A stretch of DNA of 64,000 bases from Utricularia gibba (GCA_002189035.1 NEEC01000002.1:992001-1056000), one strand, 5' to 3'; counted from the first letter of the stretch, positions 13,266 to 26,843 are shown. The notes: a model not told the origin generated them from the letters alone. A program made the numbers and translations.

Positions 13266-14598
13266 CTATCTCCGGTCCCAACCCTTCTGGCTAAGTGCTA
13301 AATCTATAAAACTGCCGCCGCCGCCGCTAGCGAGGCTGTGCGCTACCGGAGCTCCGATGCAGGTGTAATTCCCTTCTGTGGCCGCCGTTGCGAAGGTGGG
13401 GGTATTGAGTACGTGCCCCAAGATAAAATCGTTTGCGGCTGCTGCGGCGGCGGAAGCTGGAGCAGGAAACTGTGGGATGAGACGTTGGGAAGAAGCGTAG
13501 ATGAACGACGGGGGTGGTGGCTGAGTTGGCGGTGGCGCGTGAGCGGAGATGACACCGGATGTTGCTGGGAATAATCTCGTTGTCGGGTAAAATGATCTGA
13601 ACGCCAACTGAGGGTCGGCAACTGAATGATACCCACCTTGCTGAATAACCGGCTGCCCCGGTCCGCCTTGCGGAGTAACCGGCTGTCCACCACCGCCGCC
13701 GCCACTGAATAATGTAAAAGCACAGTAAGCACTCCATCGGAAACCAAGTTTTTTAAAACAAAGAAAAAGGGTACCTTGAAACGAAGCCTAAATGGGTTGG
13801 AGCCAGATCATTAGTGAAGACGAGTTGCCTAGCTTTGTTAAGCGTTTCTGTCTCCCTCTCTGGAAAAAAAGACAAAACTTATTCATGAAATGAAAAAAAA
13901 CAAGGCAATGAATTTCCTTTATGCTTGATATGACTTGATGGGATGTTACCTTGGCGATGGCGATTCATGTGTCCACCAAGTGCTTGAGATTTGCAGAACT
14001 TTAGGGAACAAAACCTGCATTCGTAGACCTTAGATGGCTCATCTTTTTCCTCCTTGGCGCCGCTTTTCTTTTTCCTGTACACTTCTGCAGCAAATGCTAA
14101 TTAAAGCAACTTTGATGAGACTAATCCTACACCAAACAAACAAACAAAAAAAACCCTAAAACCATTCATCTAATCCACTCAAGAATTCCCTTCTTTTGTT
14201 TCCTCTGGTATTCCAAATACCCAACATGCTTCTCAGATGAAAAGAGAGTGGATGAATAGAAGGGATGCAGTAAAAGAATGGGACAAAATGATGGTATGTG
14301 AATCGTACCAGGAGAAGACGAAGTGTCCTCAGATGTCTGTTTTCCATCTCTGGTATAGTCTTCGGGTAAGTTGTTGAGGTCCAACGGATTTTCCTCTGAT
14401 CTCCTACAGACACACAACAAAAACATGTGAAACGTAATGTGACTGGCAATAATCCACAGAACAAACAAGAAACTGTTCCATACATGGGAATCCAGCGAGA
14501 AAAATGAAGGAGATGCAGATTCGTGAGAAGCTTCGGAGTTTTAGATGGGGAATGCAACTGCGAGAGAAAGCAAGGGCCAGATCTCTATCAGCTCACAT
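13266..14598 (-). CDS. JAG: JAGGED-like C2H2 zinc-finger protein with N-terminal EAR motif
   Basis: Exons 14598-14597 (AT), 14403-14309, 14085-13950, 13859-13775, 13704-13266. Motifs PLDLNNLP (EAR), YECRFCSLKFCKSQALGGHMNRHRQERETETLNKARQLVF, Pro-rich tract and YTCIGAP. Confidence 0.9.
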
Positions 14599-17141
14599 CT
14601 AGCTAGCAGTTCTTCTTCTTCTTCTCTCACACCCGTGTGTGGTAATGGAATTGAAGAGTAGCAAGAAAAAGAGCTCCCTCTCTTGTGAGTATAAGAAAGA
14701 AGTATTTGTTGATGAGGAGGAAGGTGAGGAGATGGCTGGCTGGCTGGCTGGCTGGTTTTTGAGGTTCTGAGAGGGACATTGCCTCATTCCTTTTATTTCT
14801 CTTTACCCCCCTAGCTACCTTCATTGCCCTACGTACCTACTACCCCACCTGCATGTAGAATTTACACACTCCGTAACACTGTGTTAATCACTCTCCTTGG
14901 AATTAGGGTGACTTAACTCCTGGTTCAGGGTGTGGAGCCCCGGTCCAATCCGGTCCCAGGACCCTGGTTCAGAGTGTGCCCCCAAGTTCGAAATTTGGAT
15001 GGTATCATTTATAAAAATAGTCATTCCATCTTTATCTTTTATATATTACATTTTTATATATACGACGATTACTTTTATCACACACTTAAAAGTGATAACT
15101 TTTATGATACATCTTGTTTACGTGCGTATAGAAATGGTTTTCAAACCCTAGAAAAACCAACCCAATTTCATTAAATCGTGTTTTCAATACTTTTTGTTCA
15201 GTTTCGTGTGACATTCATTCCATTGTTGTACTTTCATGCCCTCGTGTGAGGTGTACCCTAATTGGGCCTCGTTGTGGACATCCAGTCCCATAAAAGCCCA
15301 TCATTGGGTCACGGCCCGATGTGGTCCAATCAGCCGTTCTAACCACACACATTTAACATCAATACGCCCTTTTTTTAATAACTGTCCTTTATAATCCCAC
15401 CCTTCCTGTCCGTACATTAATAAATATTTAGTATTTATTTATTCATTCAAAAAAGAAGGAATATTTACGAAATTTTGTTTGTTTTTATTCAATAAACTAT
15501 GATTAACACCTAATTACAAAATCATTAGTGGGTTTAATGAAACTCCACCAATTAATTGAGCTCCTCTTAATGAAAATAATTACCCTACTGGGGCCCATTT
15601 CCAAATATGTCAAAGGTGGGTTTGGTTTAAAATAAAAAAAATGAAATTTTCTTTCATATCATAATTGGATAGGCTTTGATTTTTAAATGATTAAAAATAA
15701 TTTAAAGGTGGTAATTAAAAATATTCCATGAGAAATATAAAAAGAATATTTTCACAACATTTTAGGATCATTAAATTCCATCTTCATGGTAATTTAAATC
15801 TCCAAAAACTGGTATCTTCTAAATTTCCTACTCACATACCAAATAAGACATTATTTATTTAAGATGCGCGGTCCCCGGGAGTCCAGTCTAAGGGCCAATT
15901 AGGCATCAGGCTGTGGTCCCCAACGTGGCCAGAACGAGGAGCCGTACATTTCTGACGTATCGATCCTCAATTGGCCCTTTATTCGACCCGGCTGTGGCTG
16001 CAAAGTGGGTCGGGTCATGGGAATCGGATGGATGCTACTCCAAATTCAATCGAATTAAACGAGTCCAATAAACACGAATATCAACAAAAATTACACATAA
16101 ATAAATAAATAAATAATAAATTCTAAAGGGAAAGATTCTGTGCAGAGTAAAGCGCAAAAAGAAATATATAATAAGGTGGAAATTGTATATTTGGGTAGCA
16201 AATATCTTAACAAAATATCGGAAATATTCCAAAAAAAAAACAATAAACAGTGAATCTTTTTAATTATAATAATATTTCTAATTGGTAATAATCTACTGGA
16301 TTAACGCGCATGAGGTGTATGGTGTGGACGCAAAAAAGGCCACTGCCACTGCTGACTGCCCTTTGTGGTGGTGGTTAATTACTGGTTAGGATTAAATTAA
16401 TGAATAATTAACTGTTAATCGCGTTAGTTAATTCTTCTTCTTGTAGCCAACGCCTCCCTTTTCTTTTCTATGGGTTATAAATAATAACGGATCCTCAGTG
16501 TGTTGACCTTCCCTTCTTTCTTTCCTCTCTTGGCGATACTGACGCTTCATCCACATCTCTCGTTTTCCCAATTTTTTTCCTTGCGGAGTTTGTTTATGTT
16601 TGGTATAGCTTTTCTTTTTTCAGGTAATTCTTGCAATGCCAGTCTCGTTTGTGCTTGTTTAAAACTGGGTCGTCGGTTTTCTGGGAAATTTCTTTGGTGA
16701 GCGACCAGATTAGCTTTTTCTAGTGTAGCGTCTTTTTTGATCTGGTGGGTTTTGTGTTAAGAATCGATTCATTGAGATCTTTTCGCCTTTTCTGTTTGCG
16801 GGTTGCGTTGATTTTCGCTGTTCTGCAGATTTGCTCCGTTGGTTTTCGTCGTCAAACATCAAACCGTTGTGTGCCTGGTGTGTGAGCTTTTGGAGTTTTT
16901 TCATTGGATGCTTTTCTAAGTTTACGTTAATCTGGATCTGTGCGGGGAGAAACGAAATGGGTGTCGCTTGAATCTTTAATGTTACGACAAGATTAGCTTT
17001 TTGGTGCTAAAATTTCGCGCACGCTGCTATTCAACGTTTCAGCACCAGTGCTCCATCAGATCTACTCTCTTTGTCTCTATGATTAAAAAAAAACCTCTTT
17101 GTAATTGCAGATCCTCCTTTTTGAATCCATTTCTTGCGAAA

Positions 17142-17725
17142 ATGAGTCCATGTACAGTACAGTCCATGGCCGTCGCCGCCGGATCTGTGGAGGTGGTTTG
17201 CCCAAAGCCACGCCGGGTGAGCGCCGCCGCCGCTAGACCTTTCAGATGGCGTTTTAAGTGAGTAATCATCCGGCTTAATCAATTCCTTGCGGCTTAAATT
17301 AAAACCCCTGTTGTTTGTGTTGTGTGTAGTCATAACCAAGAAGATTGCGACGCGAAAGCCGGAGACGATTTACTCGACATCCTCCTCCCCAAGGCCAAGG
17401 TTCATCCACTTCCCCCAAAAAACACACAGGCAATGAACTCTCTTTTCCTGATCAAAACCGTTCATTTGGAATTGCAGAAGGATGGTAGCCGCGAAAAAGA
17501 TCAATTTTTTCGAGAGATCGCCGCGTCGCCGCCGCCGTATTTTTCTGGGTCACCCCGAGTAGAGTCTCTAACCCATTAGCTCAAGATGCACGATTTGGGG
17601 TTGAAAAATTCACCCCTGTTTCTCCGAGAGGCTTTCCGATCAAAGTCCGGGGAAGTTTTGGCAGCAAACCCGCCGTCAGGGTCGAAGGCTTCGAGTGCTT
17701 TGACAGCGTCCCAGCGGTGGCTTGA
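17142..17725 (+). CDS. Conserved plant protein of unknown function (At1g68490/At1g13390-like); apparent frameshift at 17553-17556
   Basis: Motifs VVCPKPRR, CDAKAGDDLLDILL and SPPPYFSGSP. Adding one C gives SPPSRVSNPLAQDARFG...AVRVEGFECFD...PAVA*. 5'UTR intron 16624-17110. Confidence 0.8.
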
Positions 17726-19022
17726 GATCTGAACATATAACCACACAAACAACAGATTTTGTAATGGAGCCCGAAAGCTAAGATTTTTGTTGGTTTCTGC
17801 TTCGTTTTGAAGGTGCGTGCGTGTGTGTGTATGTGTGTGTGCTTCGTCTTCCGTTTGAATGCAAATTGCATGTAAATTGTAAGTACGGAAGCGAATATTT
17901 ATGAATGTTTTTAGCTTTAATCCACCGACTTTTATTTTTGTAGCCGTTATTTATTAAATAATAATAGCAAATTATCGTTGCCTGATTGGGTCAAACAACT
18001 TAAGCCCAATATATCAAATTGATTGGGCCATCAGCCCATGGAATTCGGGCCCGAACCCATATCAGTCAATATCCGACTCAAGGCCCAAAGTTCTTGTTCA
18101 ATGCGCCACCTTTGATAATTTAAACAGTTGAAGGAGTTTCAATTAAAACCTGATGCCATACCTCTCATAATAACATTATGTTTTATAGTATAATATAGAC
18201 AATTTACACTCAAATTTACACATGAATTAATATTTAATTAATTAGCATATGTTTGTACATTTAAGCATATGAATTATATACATAACGAAATGAGGAGATT
18301 AATGTTAACTATATCTATACTAATACATGTTTTCCTATTTATATAACTTTTTAAAATTATTTCTCTTCTCAAACATTAGTCCATTTGTTTTTATTACATA
18401 TTCTCATCCACCCTCGAAAACCAATGATTCGTTGTAGGTTTCTCTGAGATCGAGAGCATTTAATGGGGAAGATGAGGAGGGCCCGTTCTTCGTTCCAGTG
18501 ACTGCAGAAGGTTGATTCGCAGGGTGAGATGGAGCGCACCCGCGACAAGAGGAAAATGGCAAAAAAAGATGGGTACTATACCAAGGTTAAATGGTGAGAT
18601 ATGATTGGATTCTGCGTGTTCTTAAGAACAGAAATCCAAGAGACAAGCTCAGGCCTCCATGCAGCTTTGTATTCAATGCTCCGCTCCTTTCCCCAGACTC
18701 CCATCTACCAGAATGAAAGAGAAGAGAAGACCAGACCAGACAGCCTCCTCTACACTGGGCTTTCTCTTTTTCTCTCGACTTCCATTACACTATTTTCAGA
18801 CAGATGTTTAACTGAATTGTGTCACTGTTTCTCTTTAGTTTGGGGAATCCTCTTTCTTTGACCTTAAGCCCCACAGACGGGTGTTGGTTTGCAGGGAAGG
18901 GGAGTGAGTTAAGTATTTGCTTCCACTCCCTTGCACTGAAAGCTCACTCACTCTCCCTCTTCTCCAATCCAAATTCACCCTCTCTAGTAATTTTTCCAAC
19001 TCCGATCCAGCACTGTATTTGT

Positions 19023-19262
19023 ATGTCAACAGTGATGCATTCCAAGACCCTTTTCTCCTTGGCGGTTCTGGGGATCTTGATTTGGGTTTCTGGTAACGCG
19101 GCCCCGGCAACAGCGATCAGAATCCTCCCACCGCGGCCTCCTCCGTCGGCCGGAACGATGCTCACGAGGGGCAATGTGTCTGGTGTCAGCAACGATAAAG
19201 AAGCCACATTTTCCGATTACAAGAGGAGAATACCCAGCTGCCCGGACGCCCTCCACAATTGA
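19023..19262 (+). CDS. CLE27: CLE peptide precursor (CLE27/CLE43-like); mature peptide RRIPSCPDALHN
   Basis: 79-aa single-exon ORF with a hydrophobic signal peptide (LFSLAVLGILIWVSG) and a C-terminal 12-mer CLE box at 19224-19259 directly before the stop. Confidence 0.88.
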   Translation: MSTVMHSKTLFSLAVLGILIWVSGNAAPATAIRILPPRPPPSAGTMLTRGNVSGVSNDKEATFSDYKRRIPSCPDALHN

Positions 19263-19851
19263 CTCAGCAGTGAGGTTTCACTACTGTTTGTTAAAATTTA
19301 AATCATCTTCATCGCCCAGGCAGAATTACCCTTTTCTTGAACCAGAACGATCTGCTTTCTAGTTGTGTAGAAAATTACTGCGCTGTAAACTGGTGTCCAG
19401 TATGCAGACCATCATCCTGGGGTGAAACTGCATTGTTGTTTGACTGACACTGGAACACTAGTACTTGATCCATAAACAGGAGCAGTAATTGCAGATGGAG
19501 ATGGATCTCACCCCTTTCGCTTTCAATCCAAAAGTAGACGCTTGTTTCATGAGACCAACTGCACCAAAATCCACCAAACAAACAAACAATGCAACCCTTC
19601 TCTTCCCTGTTTTTTGATTGATCTCGGTTGGATAAACCCGGTCCGACTGGACAACCCGTGACCCGGAAACTCCATGCTTCATGGATGTTGTCCAAGATAC
19701 TATATATTTATTTGAAAATTAAAGTTTTAAATTGGGGATTGATTTTGTCATTATTAGTATAAATAATAGGGACTATTTTTGCTCAATTTTGAAACAATTG
19801 AGACTAATTATAACACTAAAATATTTTTTCGAATAATCAATTATGACATTT

Positions 19852-20187
19852 GGCCCACGTTTGGTTCACAGATTTAGCTAAGTTTATAGATGTGTTTAAT
19901 ATTTGAATAATGTTTGGTATATAGGTTAATGATGTATATAAATTTACTCGATAGGTTTAAATAAATCCATCAATAACTCATAGATATAAATTTATATAAA
20001 TCCATCTAGATGGTGGGTTTCAATATACCCATCTTATAACATTCTTAGTTTTTCAATCTTAGTATTATTTTAAGGGATATTTAATTAACTTCATATATAA
20101 ATATACTAAATACATTTTTTATAAATCAATATATCAAACGCATGTTCTACATATAAATAATATTAACTGGGTAACCAAACATGTTTT
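19852..20187. mobile_element. Possible degenerate MITE (PIF/Harbinger-like GTTTGG termini)
   Basis: AT-rich ~330-bp tract bounded by gtttggtt (19859-19866) and aaccaaac (20173-20180). No clear TSD. Confidence 0.3.
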
Positions 20188-20643
20188 CCTACGCATAGCC
20201 CATGGTTATATGTTTAAAGATATCCAAATAATTTATACCCAAGTTTAACTCCAGCCCACAAATCAAACTAAGACTTGGGTAAATATTAGGGATAATGAGG
20301 TCTTGATGTCAGCCCAGATCTATTTATTTAGGACCGGCCCAAAAGTCATTGTTCCAGATCCAAGCCCACTTGTGGAAACAGACAAGACGAGGAAATGGAC
20401 AAAACGGGTCCACGGTTCGGGTTCATATTATTGGCTCGATGCTGTTGTGTGTGATTCCTGAGTGCCACTAAAAAGTATATTGTTTTGACGGCACGCAGTA
20501 CGTCACACTGGTTTCTGTCTGGTAGCGGACTTCTGTGAGGATAAATACTTCTCAAACTTCGCATTTTCTCCGCATCCCTTCTTCAGTTAGATTCATCTCT
20601 CAGTTCCCTTGATTCCTTTTTGTTCTTTCTGGTGCTCTGTGCC

Positions 20644-21450
20644 ATGAGGATGAGCTGCAACGGCTGCCGAATACTGCGGAAGGGTTGCTCCCAAGACTGC
20701 ATCCTGAAGCCATGTATTCAGTGGCTCACTTCCCCTGAATCTCAGGCCAACGCCACACTCTTCCTCGCCAAGTTCTACGGCCGAGCAGGCCTCGTTAACC
20801 TCATCAACGCCGGTCCACCACACCTCCACCAAGGTTAGTGTTAACTTCTCCGGTGTCCAATTCCGATTCGTTTCTACTTTCTGGTACTGATGATCCCCTG
20901 CTCTTCGATTCCAGAGATATTCAAGTCGTTGCTGTATGAAGCTTGCGGAAGGATCATCAATCCGGTGCATGGAGCCATCGGTTTGATGAACTCCGGCGAT
21001 TGGGAACGATGCCAGGCCGCCGTAGACGCCGTTCTCCAGGGCTCCCCTGTCATGATGCAGGCCACCAGGGACGATGATTTTGACCTGGCTCAGGAACTTC
21101 ACCCTGTCCAAGCCTGTGACATCCGTCACATATACAGAGGCGCCGCCGCGGACCTCCACCGCGTCAAGATGACAAACCGATTCAAACGCACCTCCCCAGG
21201 TAAGAACCTGGAAAAACTCACCCTTCCCCGCTTCCAACTCATAAGAAACCACAGTTGCTTTTTGCCGGAGGCGAAGAGATTCCCCATTCCTGACGATTCT
21301 TCATCCATCGAAACATCCCCGCCGGCTCTCCTCCGCCCCCCGCCGCAAGCTCTCCAATTCAAAGCGGAGGCCCCGCCGTGCGACATCGGACTGGAGTTGA
21401 CTCTCGGCCCCAATCAGTTCATTCAAGCATACATCTCTGCCTCGGTCTAG
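20644..21450 (+). CDS. LBD42: Class II LOB-domain protein (LBD40/41/42-like)
   Basis: [24 protein letters not shown] (CX2CX6CX3C), [30 protein letters not shown] and C-terminal LELTLG. Intron 20834-20914. Confidence 0.9.
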
Positions 21451-22988
21451 TCTCTTCCCCTTGTCCTTGGAACACAAGAGCTCTCTTTTTTTTTTGTTGT
21501 GCGCGTGTTGCTTGTGAGTTTCGGCTACTTGAGTCGTGAGTGGTAACTGCGGTGGCAATTTTGTCATTTCCATCCATTTGGTTTTTGTAAGGATGACTTG
21601 GACTAATATAATAAACAATATCCTCTTAGGTTTCTCGAGGCAGACGCATCAACCTCCCTTTTTGACTTTTCAGTACATAATGAGCCAATCAATGTTCTAA
21701 AATAGGTTAAATCCATTTATTTTGAATTGAATGTTTTTCAAAATAAATTCAACATATTGTAAAAATATAGTTTTTGATAGAAAAAATTAATTCATAATAT
21801 TAAATATTACTGTTTAACAAACATATGATAAAATTATGGGTGGTTACATTTAGTACGTCACCTGTTTTGATATATTAATCATTTTGGGAAAGCGTCAGCC
21901 ACTTTAAATTTGTCCTTTGAGTTGAGCGGTCAATTTGGCTCTTGGGGGAGCGTAGGGGGGAGAGATCTGATTGGCTGGTTTCGGCCCCTCCCTCCCACTT
22001 CTCGGATACTTGGCCCAGCCCACGTACCAAGGGATCCCAATATTTTTATATAATACAAATTGAAAGGTGTCCCCACCAACACCGTCTCAATAAATATCTT
22101 CCATGCTTACACGGTACACCTTATCTTAACGGCTCTTTTTCAAATCATAAAGTATTTGTCGGAGGGGGCTAAATATAGTAATTCGTTTGCATTTTGGGAC
22201 CAATCGGAGCGCCGCCGCAATTGGCTACGAGAATGTTCTCCAAGGTGTGTTGATCACACGTGGACCAATTAAATCTAGATTGTCTTGAGAATGTTATGCT
22301 AGAAGAGTATGAATATGATAATAGTAAATAGCATGCCTTTAGAATGTTTATCTACAATGTGTTGTAGAGATTAGGATTAGATGTAAAAAAATACTCAAAA
22401 GAATGATTAAAAAAACTATGTTTTAAAACGATACAAAATCAATTGCTAATTTAGATCCTCATTTTTTTACATACATAGGAATCGGTATTACTATTGCATG
22501 CACGTCACCTTCTTACATTATCCCAAATACTTGAATATACCAACCATGCTGGCAGTAGGAAGATTCCTGTAGATTCTGGAATATTCTCTCGCGTGCTCGT
22601 TTTTTGGGGTTGACAGAGATTCCTATACGACAAAGAGTGGATTCAACGCTTGGAAAATTCGCTTCCATTTTTGAAGGATTTATTCATTGATTCAACGATG
22701 GCGGCGTGTGGGACTGAAACAGGAAAAGTCGCCTCAACGTGATTGGAGGACGCCGGAGTGACGAGGATCGATCGCTGCACTCGAACAGGTCGCCGCGTAT
22801 CCGAGGTGGCGGTTGGAAGTGGGCGGCGGCTAGGCTGTCGGCGACAGGAATTATATAATAATTGAATCAATTAATTGTAATTTACGCGTAACCCCCTCAT
22901 TTTTCAGATAATTGAATATGGGTCCAGGCCCACAAGTCTGTCTCCTGTATGATATCATGCATATATGGAAGATCCTGTTTTGAGTCAG

Positions 22989-24663
22989 TCACTTGTTCTT
23001 CAGAGCTTTGGAAATTGCATGAATGGTAGAAGGGGTTGTCCGGCAGCATCCGCCGATCACCGCCGCCCCGGCATTCCGCCATAGGGTTGCCAACGCCTCG
23101 AAGTCCCCATCCGCGGAGCATTTTGAAGGCTGAAAGAAGTCACAGATGCTGATTCTGAGTTTTTATGGTCATTTACAGGGAGAATACCTCTTTCTCTCAA
23201 GTGTCCACTCACCAGCCATCTCTTGGCAACGCCATCCCAAGTCTCGCCGCTGTTGGGATACACGATTATTGGCTTTGAAGTAAACTGCACAGATGATTTC
23301 ACTTCAGGTTTGGGATGCTGGAGGATTTTTCAGTAAATGGAACTTTTATGTCTGAAGCTTGCTTACTTGTTTGAATCTGTGGATCAGGCCCACGACAAAC
23401 TCTGGGGGTGCACAGTTTATCCCAATTGCGGTAACTCTTTGGCTCTTGTTAGTGGTCTCCAGCAGCTCCTCAAAGGATTCTCCAGAAGGCGCTTTTTCTC
23501 CATCGATGGAGCTGAAGCAGATCCATGACTGGATCGCCACGTTTTCTTCGTCAAGCAACTCAACTAAAGCCTATGATGAGGAATCATATTCAATTTATCA
23601 TATAGGTGCATCTGAAGCTACTGATTAAAACCATGAGTTTGTAAGTGAAGTATTGCAACACCTGCGTCTCGATCTTGTTGGGAATGGTCTCGAAAGCGAG
23701 TAAATCAGGGCCGGCTTGCAGAAGAACCTGAAGTCTACGACGGTGAAAGTCTTTCAGCTTATCCAAAGTTACAGTTTCTCCGTAGTTGCCGCTGATTGAA
23801 AAGGGAATCCGAGTACCAGAATGAGATGACAAGATAACTGATAGATATGATAGCAAAGTCGTTCACAAACCTGTATTCTGAGCCATCCGCAAGGTATGCA
23901 CCATAGCTGCCGATAGAGGCTGCAACCAGAGCCTTGTTATAGCGGTGTCTTGGTTTCCCCTGCAATGAGTTCCAGAACTTATCTCGTACTTCGGTCGCAA
24001 GTTTCACGCTTTTTGTGAGCAAAGATTCGGCTTCTTCTTGGGAAAGTCCCCTGGAAAGGAACCCTGGTAGAGTTGCCTGAACAGGAAGAGTTACAATAGG
24101 AAGTCAAAAAGGTAAGGACTTGCACATTCACTTTCATCCGCAAATCTGGAGAAAAGGGCAACTGACAGCCAATATAACATCAGCGAAAAATCTAAACCCG
24201 CACGCATATTCATCTCAAAACAACGCAAATTTCAAATGAAAATCCAGAAATTTAACCAGGAGAACCTGCCATACAGAAAGAACAACTTTTTAATCCAAAT
24301 CCGATACCTGGTAAGAAGAAGTCACAATAATATCCGCACCCGCTTCCAAGTACTCCAAGTGCACCTGCACCCGTCAACAAACAAAACAAGAAATGGGCAA
24401 CCTAAAAACAGGGCTAGGAGCCTAATACGTAAATCAATCAAGATTTAGATCAAGGGCATTAATGAAAGATTCAATACCCGTTGAATCAGATCAGGTTCTT
24501 GGATGAGACAAACAGCGCTCCAAAGAGAATCATTCAAAGAGGCACCGTGAAACTCCAGTTGGGTGGCCAGGCCGCCGTCCATGACGGCACATCCTCCGGC
24601 GTCTTTGATGAGATTCTCCAATACATTCCCCGGAACGCTGCCGCACCCACCCCCACCCACCAT
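22989..24663 (-). CDS. HMT1: Homocysteine S-methyltransferase 1
   Basis: Seven in-frame GT-AG exons. Motifs DGGLATQLE, HLEYLEAGAD, ASIGSYGAYLADGSEY, AFETIPN, GINC, VYPNSGE and GGCCRTTP (Zn ligands). Confidence 0.93.
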
Positions 24664-25034
24664 CGTAAAGGCGGGATTCCGAAGAAGGGACGGTTGATGG
24701 TTGTCTGGAAATATGTTGACCATTTTTGAATTTGGTGGGTTCCAATTCATCCTTTGCAACAAACATGGAAGTCAATACCAAAAAGTAGGTAGACTGGGCG
24801 TACCATTTCCAAAAAAAAAAATTAAAAAAAAAATCTCATACTTTTATTTTAAATATAATTTTTAATATCTCATTTCTGAAGATAGCACACACAGTGTGTG
24901 TTTAACCTAAGCAGTTCGATCATGAAAAAACGATGCCCTGATCTTTGTTTCTTTTTATTTTTTTTTCTTGACGGCGCGTTTCTTTAAGTACTGGCACTCT
25001 GTTCTGTGATGTGAAGTGGATCAGCGGTGGTAAA

Positions 25035-26341
25035 ATGCCTGAGTACTGTGTGACCGGAGGAACTGGTTTCATTGCAGCTTATCTCATCAGCTCGCTTCTG
25101 CACAATGGGCACACTGTAAGAACAACTGTTCGTGATCCAGGTACAATGCCCTTTGCTTTCCTTGTCCCCAAGTATTCTTCTTGATGCGTAGCAATCAACG
25201 TGGAGCGCCAGAAAACTTAACCAAGGTTGGATTTTTATGGGAGCTAAATGGAGCCAAGGAAAGACTGAAGATCATGAAAGCTGATTTGCTAGAGGAAGGA
25301 AGCTTCGACGATGCCGTTGATGGCGTCGACGGCGTGTTCCACACCGCATCTCCTGTGCTTGTGCCTTATGATGATAAGGTCAAGGTTGGATTTCATATCC
25401 TCGGTTGGTCCCTTTGGGCTGTGAGATAGATAGCCAGACACTGTTTGTTGCAGGAAAACTTGATTGATCCCTGTGTTAATGGAACCCTGAATGTGCTGAA
25501 ATCCTGCAAGAAAGGGAGATCCCTGAGAAGGGTTGTCCTAACCTCATCTTGTTCCTCGATTCGATATCGATACGGTGTCGATGAAGCATCCTCTCTGAAC
25601 GAATCGCACTGGTCTGATCCCGAATACTGCAAAGCCAACAACGTAGGCTCATCAAGAATCTCATATTGACGCTGAGGATATATCAACTTATACACATTGA
25701 GAGTATTTGATACAGTTATGGTACGCTTACGCGAAAACGGTAGCAGAGCAGAAGGCATGGCAGTTTGCAAAGGAGAGTGGGATTGATCTTGTAGTGGTGA
25801 ATCCTTCCTTCGTTGTTGGCCCACTTCTAGGGCCTCAACCCACAAGCACCCTGCTTCTAATCCTGGGTATAATCAAAGGTTTGCAGAACTTTCTATCATC
25901 ATCATCATCTCGATTTCTCCGTCTGCAGAGCTGGGTTTTTGCAGGGCTGAGAGGAGAGTATCCAAACACAAGGGTGGGGTTCGTGCACATAGAAGATGTG
26001 ATGAAAGCACACGTTCTCGCAATGGAAAACAAGGAAGCTTCAGGGAGGCTGATATGCTCAAACACAGTAGCTCACTGGTCTGAAATCATCACCATGCTGA
26101 GAAACAAGTATCCATCCTATCCCTACGAACACAGGTATGATCTACAATCCATGTTTCCTCCACACATTCGTATCGAATTTCATGCCAGTTACCTCGCAGA
26201 TGCAGCGCCCACAAGGGAGATGAATTCCCCCATGAAATGGACATCGCCAAGATAACTCATCTTGGGCTCCCTCCCTTGAAATCGCTGGAACAAATGTTTG
26301 ATGACTGCATTACCAGTTTCCAGGCGAAGGGGTTTCTCTGA
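25035..26341 (+). CDS. TKPR2: Tetraketide alpha-pyrone reductase 2 (CCR-like, sporopollenin pathway)
   Basis: Six exons. [16 protein letters not shown] (NADPH binding), [36 protein letters not shown] (YxxxK), [25 protein letters not shown]. Confidence 0.93.
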
Positions 26342-26843
26342 GAAAGATGAATTTATAGCTTCCCGCTCTATTGAGCCGGGAGACGTTTATATATTAGGGT
26401 CTGTGGCCCAATAAAGCCCATCTCGAAGAATCTTTCACAAATTCCAAAAAATGCCGTATTTATTAATTTTCTTTCCTTTTTTGAGTAATAAATAAAAATA
26501 AAAATAATCTCGGTTCGGACCGGACCGTTGACCGAATCAGCTTCCCCCCACAGGCCGACTGCTCCGGTCCCCGTAGACATTATAACTCTGTGACAAAGTT
26601 CCACCCAACCACAACAACCGCATTTATTTTTTTACCAAATAAAAAATATTAAAATAATAACAATCAATATATTTGGCTATTTTAAAATTAAAATAAAAAA
26701 ATCTCAGAAAGATTTCTCAACCGGGACGGCTCAGGCAGCCAAAGAAAACCCACACTTATTACTGGACCGGGTCTAGCCGAACTACAGAACTCGTTAGGAC
26801 AAGAAGATTGACTCTTGGAACAAAATCCTACTTGCAAAAATCC

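Noticed and set aside
15890-15979. 11-bp inverted repeat aagggccaatt/aattggccctt
   Set aside because: Too short and no matching TSD; could be chance or an unrecognisable MITE remnant.
18851-18872. ttctttgaccttaagcccc resembles TAS3 tasiARF
   Set aside because: Poor match and no flanking miR390 sites.
20505-20516. cactggtttc as a hypoxia-responsive promoter element upstream of the class II LBD
   Set aside because: It departs from the HRPE consensus at the GC-rich positions, so it cannot be supported.
20593-21252. 219-aa antisense ORF over the LBD gene, and similar long antisense ORFs over MIZ1-like, RLK and CRF
   Set aside because: Expected shadows of GC-rich coding sequence, with no independent homology or signals.
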